Source: the human T2T-CHM13v2.0 reference genome, Homo sapiens. Taken from it: a stretch of 64,000 nucleotides of DNA. The notes beneath the pieces are model-generated. The model did no database searches, was not told the DNA's origin, and saw only the letters and a list, made by a program, of their open reading frames with translations. This document shows, in pieces, positions 42,359-64,000 of the stretch; within the stretch, counting starts at the first letter, position 1; each line of letters opens with the position of its first letter. Made by a program: the position numbers and the translations under genes. The stretch lies in assembly GCF_009914755.1 (NCBI RefSeq), contig NC_060931.1; one strand, 5' to 3'.

Positions 42359-43590
42359 TCAGAGGCCGAAGCAGGGAACTTCTAACACCTCCACACCCAG
42401 TTTGGTTGGGTCAGCCCGCAGTACTGACTCTCCAGGGCTCCTGAACCCTGGCAAGCCCTCCGATGTATCCCCAGTCCTGCAGACTGGCCCAAGCCCTCTC
42501 TTCCCCCATCAGAGCCCCCAGCCTGGCCCACTGTCTTTTCCTTCACCTTCCCTGGAAGCAAGAGTGCAGGCTCTGAATGGGGATCACTGGGCTAGCTCAG
42601 AGCACGAGAAAGAGGCATCTCTGGGCCCCTGATCTCAGATGAGTGGGTGCGGTGCCCCCAGCCCAGGTCCGCTCACCTTTCTCGCTGATGACTGCAATGA
42701 CCACGGAGTTCAGAGCACAGTGCTCCCGGGACGCCCAAGGACACTCGCTTGTGGCCGGCCCTCTGCTGCTCAGGGCCTTGGCATCAGTTACCGATGTGCC
42801 CGCAGTGACAGCTGGAGTTTCTACGGCAAAGTGATCCCCTGGGTAACCTGAGAAGGCCCCAGTTACCAGGTGGACCAGCAGGATGGCTGGATGGCTTGGC
42901 CAGGGCCCAAGCCTGCTGGCCCCTTCTGCTTACTCCTGGTTGGGGGTGAGCCACGGCTGGGGCCTGGCCCATGCACGAGGTCCCAGAGCATGGCAGGTAG
43001 GTCGAGAGGATTCAGGGGTGTTGCTTTGGGGTGGGGTGTATCACTTAGTTCAGAGGGAACAGTGATGCTGGAGGGGACTGTGAGACCCAAAAGGGCGTGG
43101 GAATCCAGTTCCACAGAGAATGCCGCAGTGGGAGCCCGACAGGCTGAGAAAATTGGCAGAAGGGGAGACCCAGGATAGCAAAAATGCTTTGGGGGCCAGG
43201 CACAGTGGCTCACACCTAGAATCCCAGCGCTTTGGGAGGCTGAGGTGGGAGAATCACTTGAACCTAGGAGTTCAAGACCAGCCTGGGCAACATAGCGAGA
43301 CCTCATCTCTACAAAAAATAAAAATAAAAATTAGCCAAGCGTGGTGCACAGTGTAGTCCCAGCACTTTGGGAGGCCAAGGCAGGTGGATCACTTGAGGCC
43401 AGGAGTTTGGAAACAGCCTTGGCAACATAGGGAGACCCCTTATCTACAAAAAATATATGTAAAAGTTACAGCTGGGCACGGTGGCTGATGATTGTAATCC
43501 CAACACTTTGGGAGGCCGAGGCGGGTGGATTGCTTGAGGCGAGGCATTTGAGACCAGCCTGGTCAACATGGTGAAACCCCGTCGCTACTA

Positions 43591-43834
<244 letters not shown>

Positions 43835-43906
43835 TAACCTGGAGAGCCTCTTTGGGTAAAGCATTTCTGGAAAACATCCCAGCTCAAGCTCAATTATGGT
43901 GACCTA

Positions 43907-45562
<1,656 letters not shown>

Positions 45563-45822
45563 CATTAATAAAATCTACACTGCGGCCCCATTCCTCTAAC
45601 AGAAGTACATTCCCCTCCCCAGGCTGCCCTAAGTAATTTTTTTTTTTTTTTTTTTTGTAAAGCGGGGTGTCCCTATGTTGCCTAGGCTGGTCTTGAACTC
45701 CTGGGCTGAAGCGATCCTCCTGCCTCAGCTTCCCAAAGTGCTGGGATTATAGGCGTGAGCCATGAAGACTGACGTTTTTTGTGTTTTGCTTTTTTTTTTT
45801 TAAGAGACAGGATCTCTGGTCA

Positions 45823-46095
<273 letters not shown>

Positions 46096-46125
46096 CTAAA
46101 AAAAAGGGCCAGGCACGGTGACTCA

Positions 46126-46386
<261 letters not shown>

Positions 46387-47166
46387 TCAAAAAAAAAGAG
46401 GGTCTAGCCGTGTCTCCCAAGCTGGGGTACAGTGGCATAGTCATAGCTCACTGCAGCCTCCAACTCCAAGGCTAAAGGGATCCTCCCACCCCAGCCTCCC
46501 GAGCAGCTAGGACTACAGGTGAGCATCATCATGCCGGGTTAATTTATTATTATTGTTGTTGTTATTATTTTTATAGAGATGAGGAATCGCTGTGTTGCTC
46601 AGGTTGGTCTCGAACTCCTGGGCTCAAGTGATCCTCCCACCTCAGCCTCCCAAAAGGCTGGAATTACAGGCATGAGCCACTCCAATCAATCCAGGAATCT
46701 TTTTTTTTTTTTTTTTTTTTTTGAGACAGAGTCTCACTCTTTTGCCCAGTCTCGGCTCACTGCAACCTTCACCTCCCGGGATCAAGCCTCAGCCTCCCGA
46801 GTAGCTGGGATTGCAGGTGCCCACCACCACGCCCAGCTAATTTTTGTATTTTTAGTAGAGAGAGGGTTTCACCATATTGGCCAGGCTGGTCTAGAACTCC
46901 TGACCTTGTGATCAGTCTGCCTCGGCCTCTCAAAGTGCTGGGATTACAGGCATGAGCCACCATGCCCGTCCAACCCAGGAGTCTTGAAATCTCCAGCTGG
47001 GCGCGGTGGCTCACGCCTGTAATCCCAGAACTTTGGGAGGCTGAGGCAGGCGGATCACCTGAAATCGGGAGTTCGAGACCAGCCTGACCAACATGGAGAA
47101 ACCCCATCTCTACTAAAAAATACAAAATTAGCCGGGTATGTTGGTACATGCCTGTAATCCCAGCTA

Positions 47167-47790
<624 letters not shown>

Positions 47791-48324
47791 CTCATTGATT
47801 TTTGTTTTTACTTTTTTTCTTTTCCTCTCTTTTTTTTTTTTTTGAGATGGGGTCTCTCTGCATTGTCCAGGCTGGAGTGCAGTGGCTCTATCTTGGGCTC
47901 ACCACAACCTCCGCCTCCCGGGTTCAAGCAATTCTCCAGCCTCAGCCTCCTGAGTAGCTGGGACTACAGGCACATGCCACCACGCCCAGCTAATGTTTGT
48001 AGTTTTAGTAGAGATGGGATTTCGCCATGTTGGCCAGGCTGGTCTCGAACTCCTCACCTCAGGTGATCCACCCCACTAAGCCTCCCACAGTGCTGGGATT
48101 ACGGGTGTGAGCCGCCATGCCGTTTTTTCCTCTCTTTATAGAGACAGGGTCTCTCTATGTTGCCCAGGCTGGTTTTGAACTCCTGAGTTCAAGTAATCCT
48201 CCTGCCTTGGCCTCCCAAAGTGCTGGGATAGGCCGGGTGCAGTGGCTCATGCCTGTAATCCCAGCACTTTGGGAGGCCAAGGTGGGTGGATCACGAGGTC
48301 AGGAGATCGAGACCATCCTGGCTA

Positions 48325-48598
<274 letters not shown>

Positions 48599-49109
48599 TC
48601 ATATCCTTATTTGCTACCTGTATTTCTTCTTTGATGATGTACCTATTCACATATTTTGTCTTTTAGAAAAAATTGTTTTGGCCAGGCACGGTGGCTCACA
48701 CCTGTAATCCCAGCATTTTGGGAGGCCGAGGCTAGCAGATTGCTTGAGCCCAGGAATTCAAGACCTGTCTGGGCAGCATGGCGAAACCCCATCTCTACAA
48801 AAAATTAGCTAGGTATGGTGGTGCACACCTGTAATCCCTGCTACTCAGGAGGCTGAGATGCGAGCATCACTTGAGCCCAGGAGGTCAAGACTGCAGTGAG
48901 CCATGATCTTGCCACTATATTCCAGCCTGGGTGAAGAGTAAAACCCTGTCTCAAAAAATAAATAAATAAATAAATAAATAAATAAAATTGTTTTAATTGT
49001 TGAGTTTAAAGAGTTTCTGTGTGTGCATTTTGGAAACAAGTTCAAATTCTTTTCTGTTTGTTTTTAGATACACAGTCTCACTCTGTTGCCCAGGCTGGAG
49101 TGCGCCCGG

Positions 49110-49708
<599 letters not shown>

Positions 49709-49897
49709 TTATCAGAATATGGCTAAAGGGCTCTTCATTCTGGATGTGTTGAGAGCCTGGGTAGGCTTTGGCCAAGGACAGCAAAGGAGGGCAGACAGGG
49801 AATGAGTGGGAAAACCCAGACACCCGTTTAAAATTGGCTGGCGCCTCGCTCTCTTCCTGCCAAGTCCACGCTGACACATCCAGCCTTTCTGGACTGA

Positions 49898-50077
<180 letters not shown>

Positions 50078-50115
50078 TGACTGATTTTTTATTACTTCTA
50101 GAGAAGGGGTCTTGA

Positions 50116-50256
<141 letters not shown>

Positions 50257-50395
50257 TAAAGCCTCCGTGTTTCTGCGCTATGTCCTCAAAATCTCAGGCG
50301 ACAAAAGAAAAAAGGACGGGTGACAGCTTGCAGGATTGGGGGTTGGCCCAGATGATTGTCCACCACAGTGACTGAGAGCTGAAGTTGACCAGTGA

Positions 50396-50982
<587 letters not shown>

Positions 50983-51218
50983 TAACGGCATTTTGAAGGC
51001 AGGCTTGATGGTTAGCCCTGAGCTATGCCATGGCTTTCACCAATAACCAGCATAGTGTATTAGCACCGTTAATACCAGCTACTGTAACAACCTCCAATCT
51101 CAGTGGCTTTACATAATGAAGTTTCATCAGTGACCACATCAAAGTCCAGTATGCTGGTCTGTGAGCCCTGGTGTCTGTGGGAGCCTCTCTGAGCCCAGTC
51201 ACTTCCACTTCAAAGTAA

Positions 51219-51521
<303 letters not shown>

Positions 51522-52437
51522 TGATCCACCCGGCTCAGCCTCTGAAAGTACTGGGATTACAGGCGTGAGCCACTGCGCCTGGCCCCCCTTCTAATCTCTT
51601 TAAAGTTATGTATGTATGTATTTATTTGAGGCAGGGTCTCGCTCTGTCACCCAGGCTGCAGTGCAATGGCGCAATCTCGGCTACTGCAACCTCCGCCTCC
51701 TGGGTTCAAGTGATTCTCCTGCCTCAGCCTCCCAAGTAGCTGAGATAACAGACATGTGCCACACCCAGCTAATTTTTATATTTTTAGTAGAGATGGGGTT
51801 TCACCATATTGGTCAGGCTGATCTCAAACTCCCGACCTCAAGTGATCCACCTGCCTAGGCCTCCCAAAGTACTGGGGTTACAGGCATGAGCCACTGTGCC
51901 TGGCCATGAGTCTAATCTCTTTAAAGTTACGTATGTATGTATTTATTTGAGGCAGGGTCTCGCTTTGTTGCCCAGGCTGGAGTGAAGTGACATGATCATG
52001 GTTCACTGCAGCTTCAAATTCCTGGGCTCAAGCGATCCTCCCACCTTAGCCTCCTGAGTGGCTGGGACTCAGGAGTGTACCATCAAGACTGGCTAGTTTT
52101 CATATTTTCTTGTTACCGAGGCTGGACTCGAACTTCTGGCCTCGAGTGATCCTCACACCTTGACCTCCCAAAGTGCTGGGATTACAGGCATGAGCCACTG
52201 TGCTCAGCCTCTTTAAAGTTATTTTACCTTGTTTTTGCGAGCCTATGTAAGCCATCTCCAGTCCTGCCTAGAATAAGTCAGGCTGATAGAAATCAATGTA
52301 GTGGGCCAGGCACAGTGGCGCCTGTAATCCCCGCATTTTGGGATGCCGACGAGGGAGGATCACTTGAGGCCATAAGTTGGAGACCCGTCTGGGCAACAGA
52401 GCAAGATCCTGTCTCTAAAATTTAAAATTTAAATTTA

Positions 52438-52596
<159 letters not shown>

Positions 52597-52599
52597 TCA

Positions 52600-52737
<138 letters not shown>

Positions 52738-52740
52738 TCA

Positions 52741-53073
<333 letters not shown>

Positions 53074-53816
53074 TCAAAAACATAAATTATAAAAATAAAT
53101 AAATAAATGTAGTGGACCACGCTTTGAAGTTGCCCTTCCTGTTCCTTCTACCTGCTGCTCTTCCCCTCAACAGTCATGCTAGAATTAGCTGGGTCTGTGA
53201 GTGTGTGGGGGAAGGTGACGGGAGATTGAGCTTCAAAAGAGCTACCTTTTTGTCCCTATACCTCCTACACAAACTTATAAAAAATATTTTTGGTGTCAAA
53301 GTTGGGGATTTTGGAAGGGAAAAAAAATATTGCAAAAGCTTCTGTTTTACACCATAAACCATAGAGTGGGACTGCTTGCACAAGAACTCATTTTTTTCAT
53401 ACCCAAGAGCAGTAAAAGTCTGAGCCATGGGCAAAGAGGGGAGACTCAAGAAGGCGGGCAGGCCAGGCACAGTGGCTCCCGCCTGTAATCCCAGCACTTT
53501 GGGAGGCCAAGGCAGGTGGATCATTTGAGGTCAGGAGTTTGAGACCAGCCTGGCCAACGTGATGAGACCCTGTCTCTAGTAAAAACAAAAAAATTAGCTG
53601 GGCATGGTGGCGTGTGCCTGTAATCTCAGCTACTTGGGAGGCTGAGGCATGAGAATTGCTTGAACCCAGGAAGCAGAGATTGCGCCATTGCACTCCAGTC
53701 TGGGCGACAGAGCGAGACTCTGTCTCAAAAAAAAAAAAAAGCAGGGTAGGAGAGACAGGTTTGCTGTCCCATTGGAACGTGGGTCACAGCAGCCACACTA
53801 AGTCCAGTTACGGAGA

Positions 53817-55131
<1,315 letters not shown>

Positions 55132-55199
55132 GAGACACAAAGGAGGATGCATTTGACAACATGACTTTGGGGTCAGCTGTATATGCTCCCCCTTGATGG

Positions 55200-56859
<1,660 letters not shown>

Positions 56860-57475
56860 GTCTCCACCCACTCTTGGGAGTATCATGAGAGAGTGACAGT
56901 CAGGGTGAGGCATGCCAGCTACTGCAATGAGCAAGCTCACCGTGTCTGTGTGTGCAACAACCACCCAACACTGTGTATTCCAGATGCCTCTCCCTCTGGT
57001 CCTCTTGCTTCCAGCTCGTGTTCAGAAACCCTTCTGACACTGCAGTCTCAGGCAGCACGGCTTCCAAGGCCTTATTCTGGAGGCCTCCATCCAGTGACGT
57101 AGCATCTCCAGCCAGCTCTGGAGAGGAGCTGCCCTGGTGGCTTGCTGGGCCAGAGGAATTATCAGAACCCGGGGGGCTACGGTGATCACTAGAGCCATTC
57201 CCTGGGGACATTTCACAGTCTGTGGGAGGCTCATTCCAGGTTCCTTCCATTGGCCTCACCCTTAGAGCCTCCCTGGGGGATTGTAGTGCACGTCCTCTTT
57301 GGCTTCCATGTTACCCCCTCTTCCCTGACTCTCCTCCCACTTCTTTTGCTTTGTTTTGTTTATTTAAAAACATTTTTTTTTGGCCGGGCGCGGTGGCTCA
57401 CATCTGTAATCCCAGCACTTTGGGAGGCTGAGGCGGGGGGATCACAAGGTCAGGAGATCGAGACCATCCTGGCTA

Positions 57476-57818
<343 letters not shown>

Positions 57819-58266
57819 CTACAGCTGTGCACCACCATGCCTGGCTAATTTTTAAATTTTTTGTAGAGATGGGGTCTCGCTATGTTGTTCAGGCTGGTCT
57901 CAAACTTTTGGCCCCAAGCGATCCTCCAGCCTCAGCCTCCTAAAGTGCTGGGATTACAGGCATGACCCAAAGTGCCCAGCCTCCTCCTACTCCTGTGGAC
58001 ATCCTCCCTTGGCTTTCTTTGCCAGCTCCTCTTCTTCTGCTGGTCCCAGGAAGTTGGAGAGCCTCAGCCTCTTCTCTCCTTATACACTCTTGCTCTTCCT
58101 AAGGAATTGCATCCATTCTGAGTGACCTTGCACAACTGTAACTGCAGCTTTGTGGCTAAAATTTCCTTCTCCTTCCTTTGCAAACACGTTCCCTTGAATC
58201 TGCACCCGGAGATTGCTGCCAGGAAGGAATTGTATTAATAGATTTGCCTTTGAGTCTGGGAAATGA

Positions 58267-58582
<316 letters not shown>

Positions 58583-58629
58583 TGATCCACCCGCCTAGGT
58601 CTCCAAAAGTGCTGGGATTACAGGCATAA

Positions 58630-58858
<229 letters not shown>

Positions 58859-59546
58859 TAGCCAGGATGGTCTCGATCTCCTGACCTCGTGATCTGCCCT
58901 CCTCGGCCTCCCAAAGTGCTGGGATTACAGGCATAAGCCACCATGCCCGGCCCTGGGTAGAATCTTAATTTGAAGAGACATTTTTGACACATTCCTTGCA
59001 TCATTCCAGATATCACTTATTAGATGTCCACTGATTGATTGCCTACCTGGCCAGCATCCATGTACCTTCCCAGTAGGGCCCACACATCCTTCCAGAATCC
59101 AGCCCCTCACCTGAGCAACTCATGTGCTTTGGGGGAAACTGATCCTCTGTAGCTTCAGCAGGAGGCCTTGTTTTACCCAAGACAAAGGCCACATTCCATT
59201 TTCCTGGTGGCATCATGGTTCAGGGGTGAGTCTATGACCCAAGCCAGCTTAATCACACTGAATGTCAGTACTCCTACTTGGGCCTGGAGGGAGACCTCCC
59301 CACTCTCCCTTCACTGGATGTGGGTGTGGATGCATGAAGCCCCAGCTATGGCTGGTGGCCATCCCATCATCAGGAGGAAAGCTGGTCTTCAGATGAAGCT
59401 GATCTTCCAGTCAGAGTGAGGGATAAAAAGAACATTGATTCTTGATCATGCCATTGGGCTGCGGGTTCAAGTCATTCCTGAAGCCAGCATCATTTCTGGA
59501 CATTCCAATGGCAGGGACCAAGATGTCTCTTTTGTTGTTTAATCTA

Positions 59547-59831
<285 letters not shown>

Positions 59832-60145
59832 TCAAAAAAAAGAAAAAAAAAAAAAGGCACGGGGCAGCAATTACAGTAGCAAAGGCAAAGTGGAAATTTG
59901 GGTGTAAACTGGGCACCCATAATGTATGCTCCAAGCCAGCTAATAGTGACAACTGTGGCCCCACCTACTGGCCACAGGAATTTTTTTTGAGTGATATCAA
60001 GGATGTAGATTTCCTTCTGATATAAGTTATCATTTTCTTTCATTCATTCAGTTGATACATTTTTATTGGGCATCTACTATGAGCTAGGTGCTAAAATAGT
60101 TGCTACTGATATAACAGTAAGCCAACACAGATCCAGTCCTTTTTT

Positions 60146-60176
<31 letters not shown>

Positions 60177-62171
60177 GAGACAGGGTCTTGCTCTATTGCC
60201 CAAGCTGAAATACAGTGGCACAGTCATGGTTCACTGCAGTCTCAAATTCCTGGACTCAAGCAATCTTCCTGCCTCATCCTGCCTCAGCCTCCCCAAGTAG
60301 CTGAGACTACAGGTGTACACCACCACACCTAACTAATTGAAAACTTTTTTGTAGCGGTGAGGTCTCACTAGGTTGCTCAGCCTTGTCTTAAACTCCTGGT
60401 CTCAAGGGATCAGCCCTCCTCAGCCTCCCAAAGTGTTGGGATTACCGGTATAAGCCACTATGCATGGTTCAAAAATACTTTTATGTTCCTTTCCTTCTTC
60501 TTAATTTCTCCATGGCAAAATTCCTCATGGTCAATAAATCACTGATTGTAAACAAGCATCATGTGTGATATGCCTTTTGCAAGCGTAGCTACGAAGTCCT
60601 GTATCCCATTTCCAAAGTATAGCATCCATCATTCCCTTGGGGACAAGAGATCGTGGTGTAAAGCTGGTTGATCCTGTCAACTGATCTCACAGCAGGTAAA
60701 AAACTGATACTGCAGGTCCAGTTTCAGGAGCTGACAGGAGCGTTTAGCAACACTCCAAAGAGGAATTCTTTGCTCCATGCATCACAAGCAAGGCAATCCT
60801 TTTGATCACACTTGAATTTTTGGTTTTAAGCTTAAGTAGTCTGTTTTCTCTTATGCTATTTATAAAATGCAGGTGTCAAGGTTTGCGCTTGGATGTTTTA
60901 AAGAGGCAAAAAATCAAACATGCCTAGGTTTCAGGAACTGACCAAGTGCTGAGAGATTAATCTTTTTTTTTTTTTTTTTTTTTTTTTTTCTGAACCAGGG
61001 TCTTGTTTTGTGGTCCAGGCTGGAATGCAGTGGTGTGATCCTAACGCACTGCAGCCTTGACCTCCTGGGCTCAAACAATCCTCCCACCACAGCTTCCTAA
61101 GTAGCTGGGACCACATGTGCATGCCAGCACACCCGGCTAATTTTTAAATTTTTTGTAGAGACAAGGTCTCCATATGTTGCCCAGACTGTTCCCAAACTCC
61201 TGGGCTCAAGCGATCCTCCCACCTCGGCCTCCTGAAGTGCTGGAATTATAGGTATGAGCCTTGGTTTTTCAATTCTGGGTCCATAAATTTATGAAGACCT
61301 TGGATACAATGTACACAGGAGAAGGCATCCTGTTGGTAAGGAGTTTCATAAAAAGGAAAAGAAAACGCATCAAGAAGCTGACGTAGGTAGCAAAGAGACA
61401 GGAAAAGAGAAGAGCTTTAAGGCCAGTGTTTGGAGATCAGACATTTCCCCTCAAAGGAGGACAGGCCTGGCTCAGGTCTTCAGAGGCATCAGGAATAGAC
61501 CCTGGCCTCAGCTGATTCAGAGATGGTCAGAGCAAAGGACACCCCACAGGGCCTTCTCAGGGCTATGTTTGGAAGCAGCTCTTGTTACCCCAAGCCTGCC
61601 TAGCATCAAACACCCTTCCCTTTTATCCTCAACGTTTGTGGTCAAGTATTTGTCACTGCCCCGAGGATATTTAGGGCTGTACAGAGCAACATGTCCTTGT
61701 CATCAGGAGCAAGGACACACATGGAGCGGAATCTGACTGATGGGTACACATTGTGCTTTCTGCCCGCTTCTGCAACGGAAGATGCTGGAAATGTTCTGCT
61801 AGATCTCAACAGTGTGGGTGGCTGAAAGCAAACTCTGTCCACCACACAGACATAGTCTGAGAGCCCCCTAAGTGTGACTGCCCTGGGCCACCTGGATCCC
61901 CCTGCTGGGCTCTGAGCAGGGACATGACTGGTCTCTGTGCAGGCCGCAGGGCAGCTTAGTCCCTGTCACAGCCCCAGAATGATCGCCCCCACCAGGCCCA
62001 GGTCGGTCCTCCTGTAAGTCTCCTGGCAATACTGCTCTAAAATCCCACTTCCAGCCCAGTGCAGGGACTCACGCCTGTAATCTCAACACTCTGGGAGGCC
62101 GAGGTGGGAGGATCACTTGAGCCCGGGAGTTCGAGATCAGCTTGGGCAACATAGTGAGACACCCGTCTCTA

Positions 62172-62209
<38 letters not shown>

Positions 62210-62401
62210 AGGCGGGTGTGGTGGCATGCACCTGTGGTCCCAGCTACTTGGGAGGCTGAGGCAGGAGGCATTGCTTGAGCCCAGGAGTTGGAGGTTGTAG
62301 TGTGCTAGGATAGCGCCATTGCACTCCGGCTTGGGCGACAGAGCGAGGCTGTTTCTGAATGAATGAACGAATACATAAGTAAATAAGAAAATAGGTAATA
62401 C

Positions 62402-62453
62402 ATAAAATAAAATAAAATAAAATAAAATAAAATAAAATAAAATAAAATAAAAT
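62402..62453. repeat. (ATAAA)n, about 10 copies, just upstream of the ZDHHC4 CpG island
   Basis: Direct reading; derived from an Alu tail. Confidence 0.9.
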
Positions 62454-62960
62454 CGCACTTCCCAGCGGTTACACCCGGCCACGGAGGTCCCCAGGCTGGC
62501 TGCGAGGGCGCCGGGGAGGTCACTGTTACTCCAGCCCCGCAACCCGCGGCGGCCCTCGCACACTTCCGCCGGAAGTCAGCCCCTCAGGGGCGCCGTGCTG
62601 ATGTCACGAGCCCGCAGGAAGTCTCGTATCGCGCCCGGGAGGCGCCGGAGCCCAGCGGCTGGCGGTAAGGCCGCCTCCGCGGGGCTGTGGGAAGCTTGGG
62701 CTGTCCCAGGACCGTCAGTCTCCTCCTCTGACCCTCCCTTTCCCCTTGTGTGTAGGGCCGCCGTCCCACCCCCACCTCGCCGGAGTCCGGGGCGGCCCCG
62801 GTGTCCCCTCCGAGCCTGCTGCACTCCACGTCCCCCTACCAGGGCTCCAGCCCCCAGGGAAATCTCCGACCAGGCCCGCCCAGGAGGTGCCTTGGATGGG
62901 GGTGGCTTCGGGAGGCCCTAATGGGGAGTGGCGGGGAGAGACCCAAGGCTACCGACTTGG
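62450..62960 (+). promoter_or_regulatory. ZDHHC4: CpG-island promoter of ZDHHC4
   Basis: CpG island with an inverted ETS/GABP pair ACTTCCG-C-CGGAAGT (62562-62576) followed by a plus-strand donor. Gene identity comes from known synteny with GRID2IP; no ZDHHC4 CDS is in the window. Confidence 0.8.
62575..62664 (+). other. ZDHHC4: ZDHHC4 non-coding exon 1 (start approximate)
   Basis: Donor GGCG|gtaagg at 62665, immediately downstream of the ETS-site core promoter. Confidence 0.7.
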
Positions 62961-63050
62961 CTTATTTCTTCCCAACTAGCTGTTTCTCACAAAGTCTTTA
63001 TTATTATTGTATTTTGAGACGGGGTTTCGCTCTTGTTTCCCAGGCTGTAG

Positions 63051-63464
<414 letters not shown>

Positions 63465-63731
63465 TAAATTTTTATGTAGAGACAGTGATCTCACTGTGTT
63501 GCCCAGGCTGGTCTCGAACTCTTAACCTCAAGCTATCCTCCTGCCTGGGCCTCCCAAAGATTTGGGAGCAGGCCTAAGCAACTTAGTCTGGGCCATTTCT
63601 CCCAAAGTCTTACCCATTCATGCTGGGGGTGCTGAAAATCCCCTACTTCCAAATCCTTTTCCACAGGTATTCTGCCTTTGACTGCAACTCTTGTCGTCTT
63701 ATGTGGGTGTTGAATTGATCTGTCTCTGCAG

Positions 63732-63886
63732 CCAGATCCAGGCTCCTGGAAGAACCATGTCCGGCAGCTACTGGTCATGCCAGGCACACACTGCTGCCCA
63801 AGAGGAGCTGCTGTTTGAATTATCTGTGAATGTTGGGAAGAGGAATGCCAGAGCTGCCGGCTGAAAATTACCCAACCAAGAGAAAT
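63732..63886 (+). other. ZDHHC4: ZDHHC4 5'UTR exon 2 (alternative acceptor at 63667)
   Basis: Acceptors tgtctctgcag| (63731) and ttttccacag| (63666); donor AAT|gtaggc at 63887. Confidence 0.65.
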
Positions 63887-64000
63887 GTAGGCTGGGTACC
63901 CTGAATCACCCCGTGAGAATTGCTGCTGTTTGTTTACTCTCACCTATCATGTCATGAATAGCTTCTTGTTTGGTTATCTCACTTGGCATTACAGCCCAGA

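Overview
Primate DNA, very likely human 7p22.1 (recognised from the proteins and gene order), and extremely Alu-dense. The minus strand holds the 5' part of GRID2IP (delphilin, a PDZ-formin binding GluD2). Seven coding exons (36700 down to 5831) splice GT-AG in frame and encode PDZ1, a harmonin-N-like domain, PDZ2 and the start of a second harmonin-N-like domain; the FH1/FH2 exons lie beyond position 1. The plus-strand end holds the CpG-island promoter and two 5'UTR exons of ZDHHC4, divergent from GRID2IP. The main observation is in GRID2IP intron 2: four ATG-bearing micro first exons, each in GC-rich promoter-like sequence, all end in a phase-2 donor that joins exon 3 in frame. They encode MSCLG (the known palmitoylated short form), MGKDQGFSRHFR, MPSPRSLKRQPLL and [11 protein letters not shown]; I do not recognise the last two. 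Other points are a 27-bp minisatellite rich in octamer, NFAT and RBFOX motifs, a locally templated 78-bp insertion with a target-site duplication, a candidate 171-nt upstream exon, ZDHHC4 uORFs, solo LTRs (LTR13, LTR8) and several Alu-mediated micro-duplications. Most listed ORFs are Alu or GC-content artefacts.
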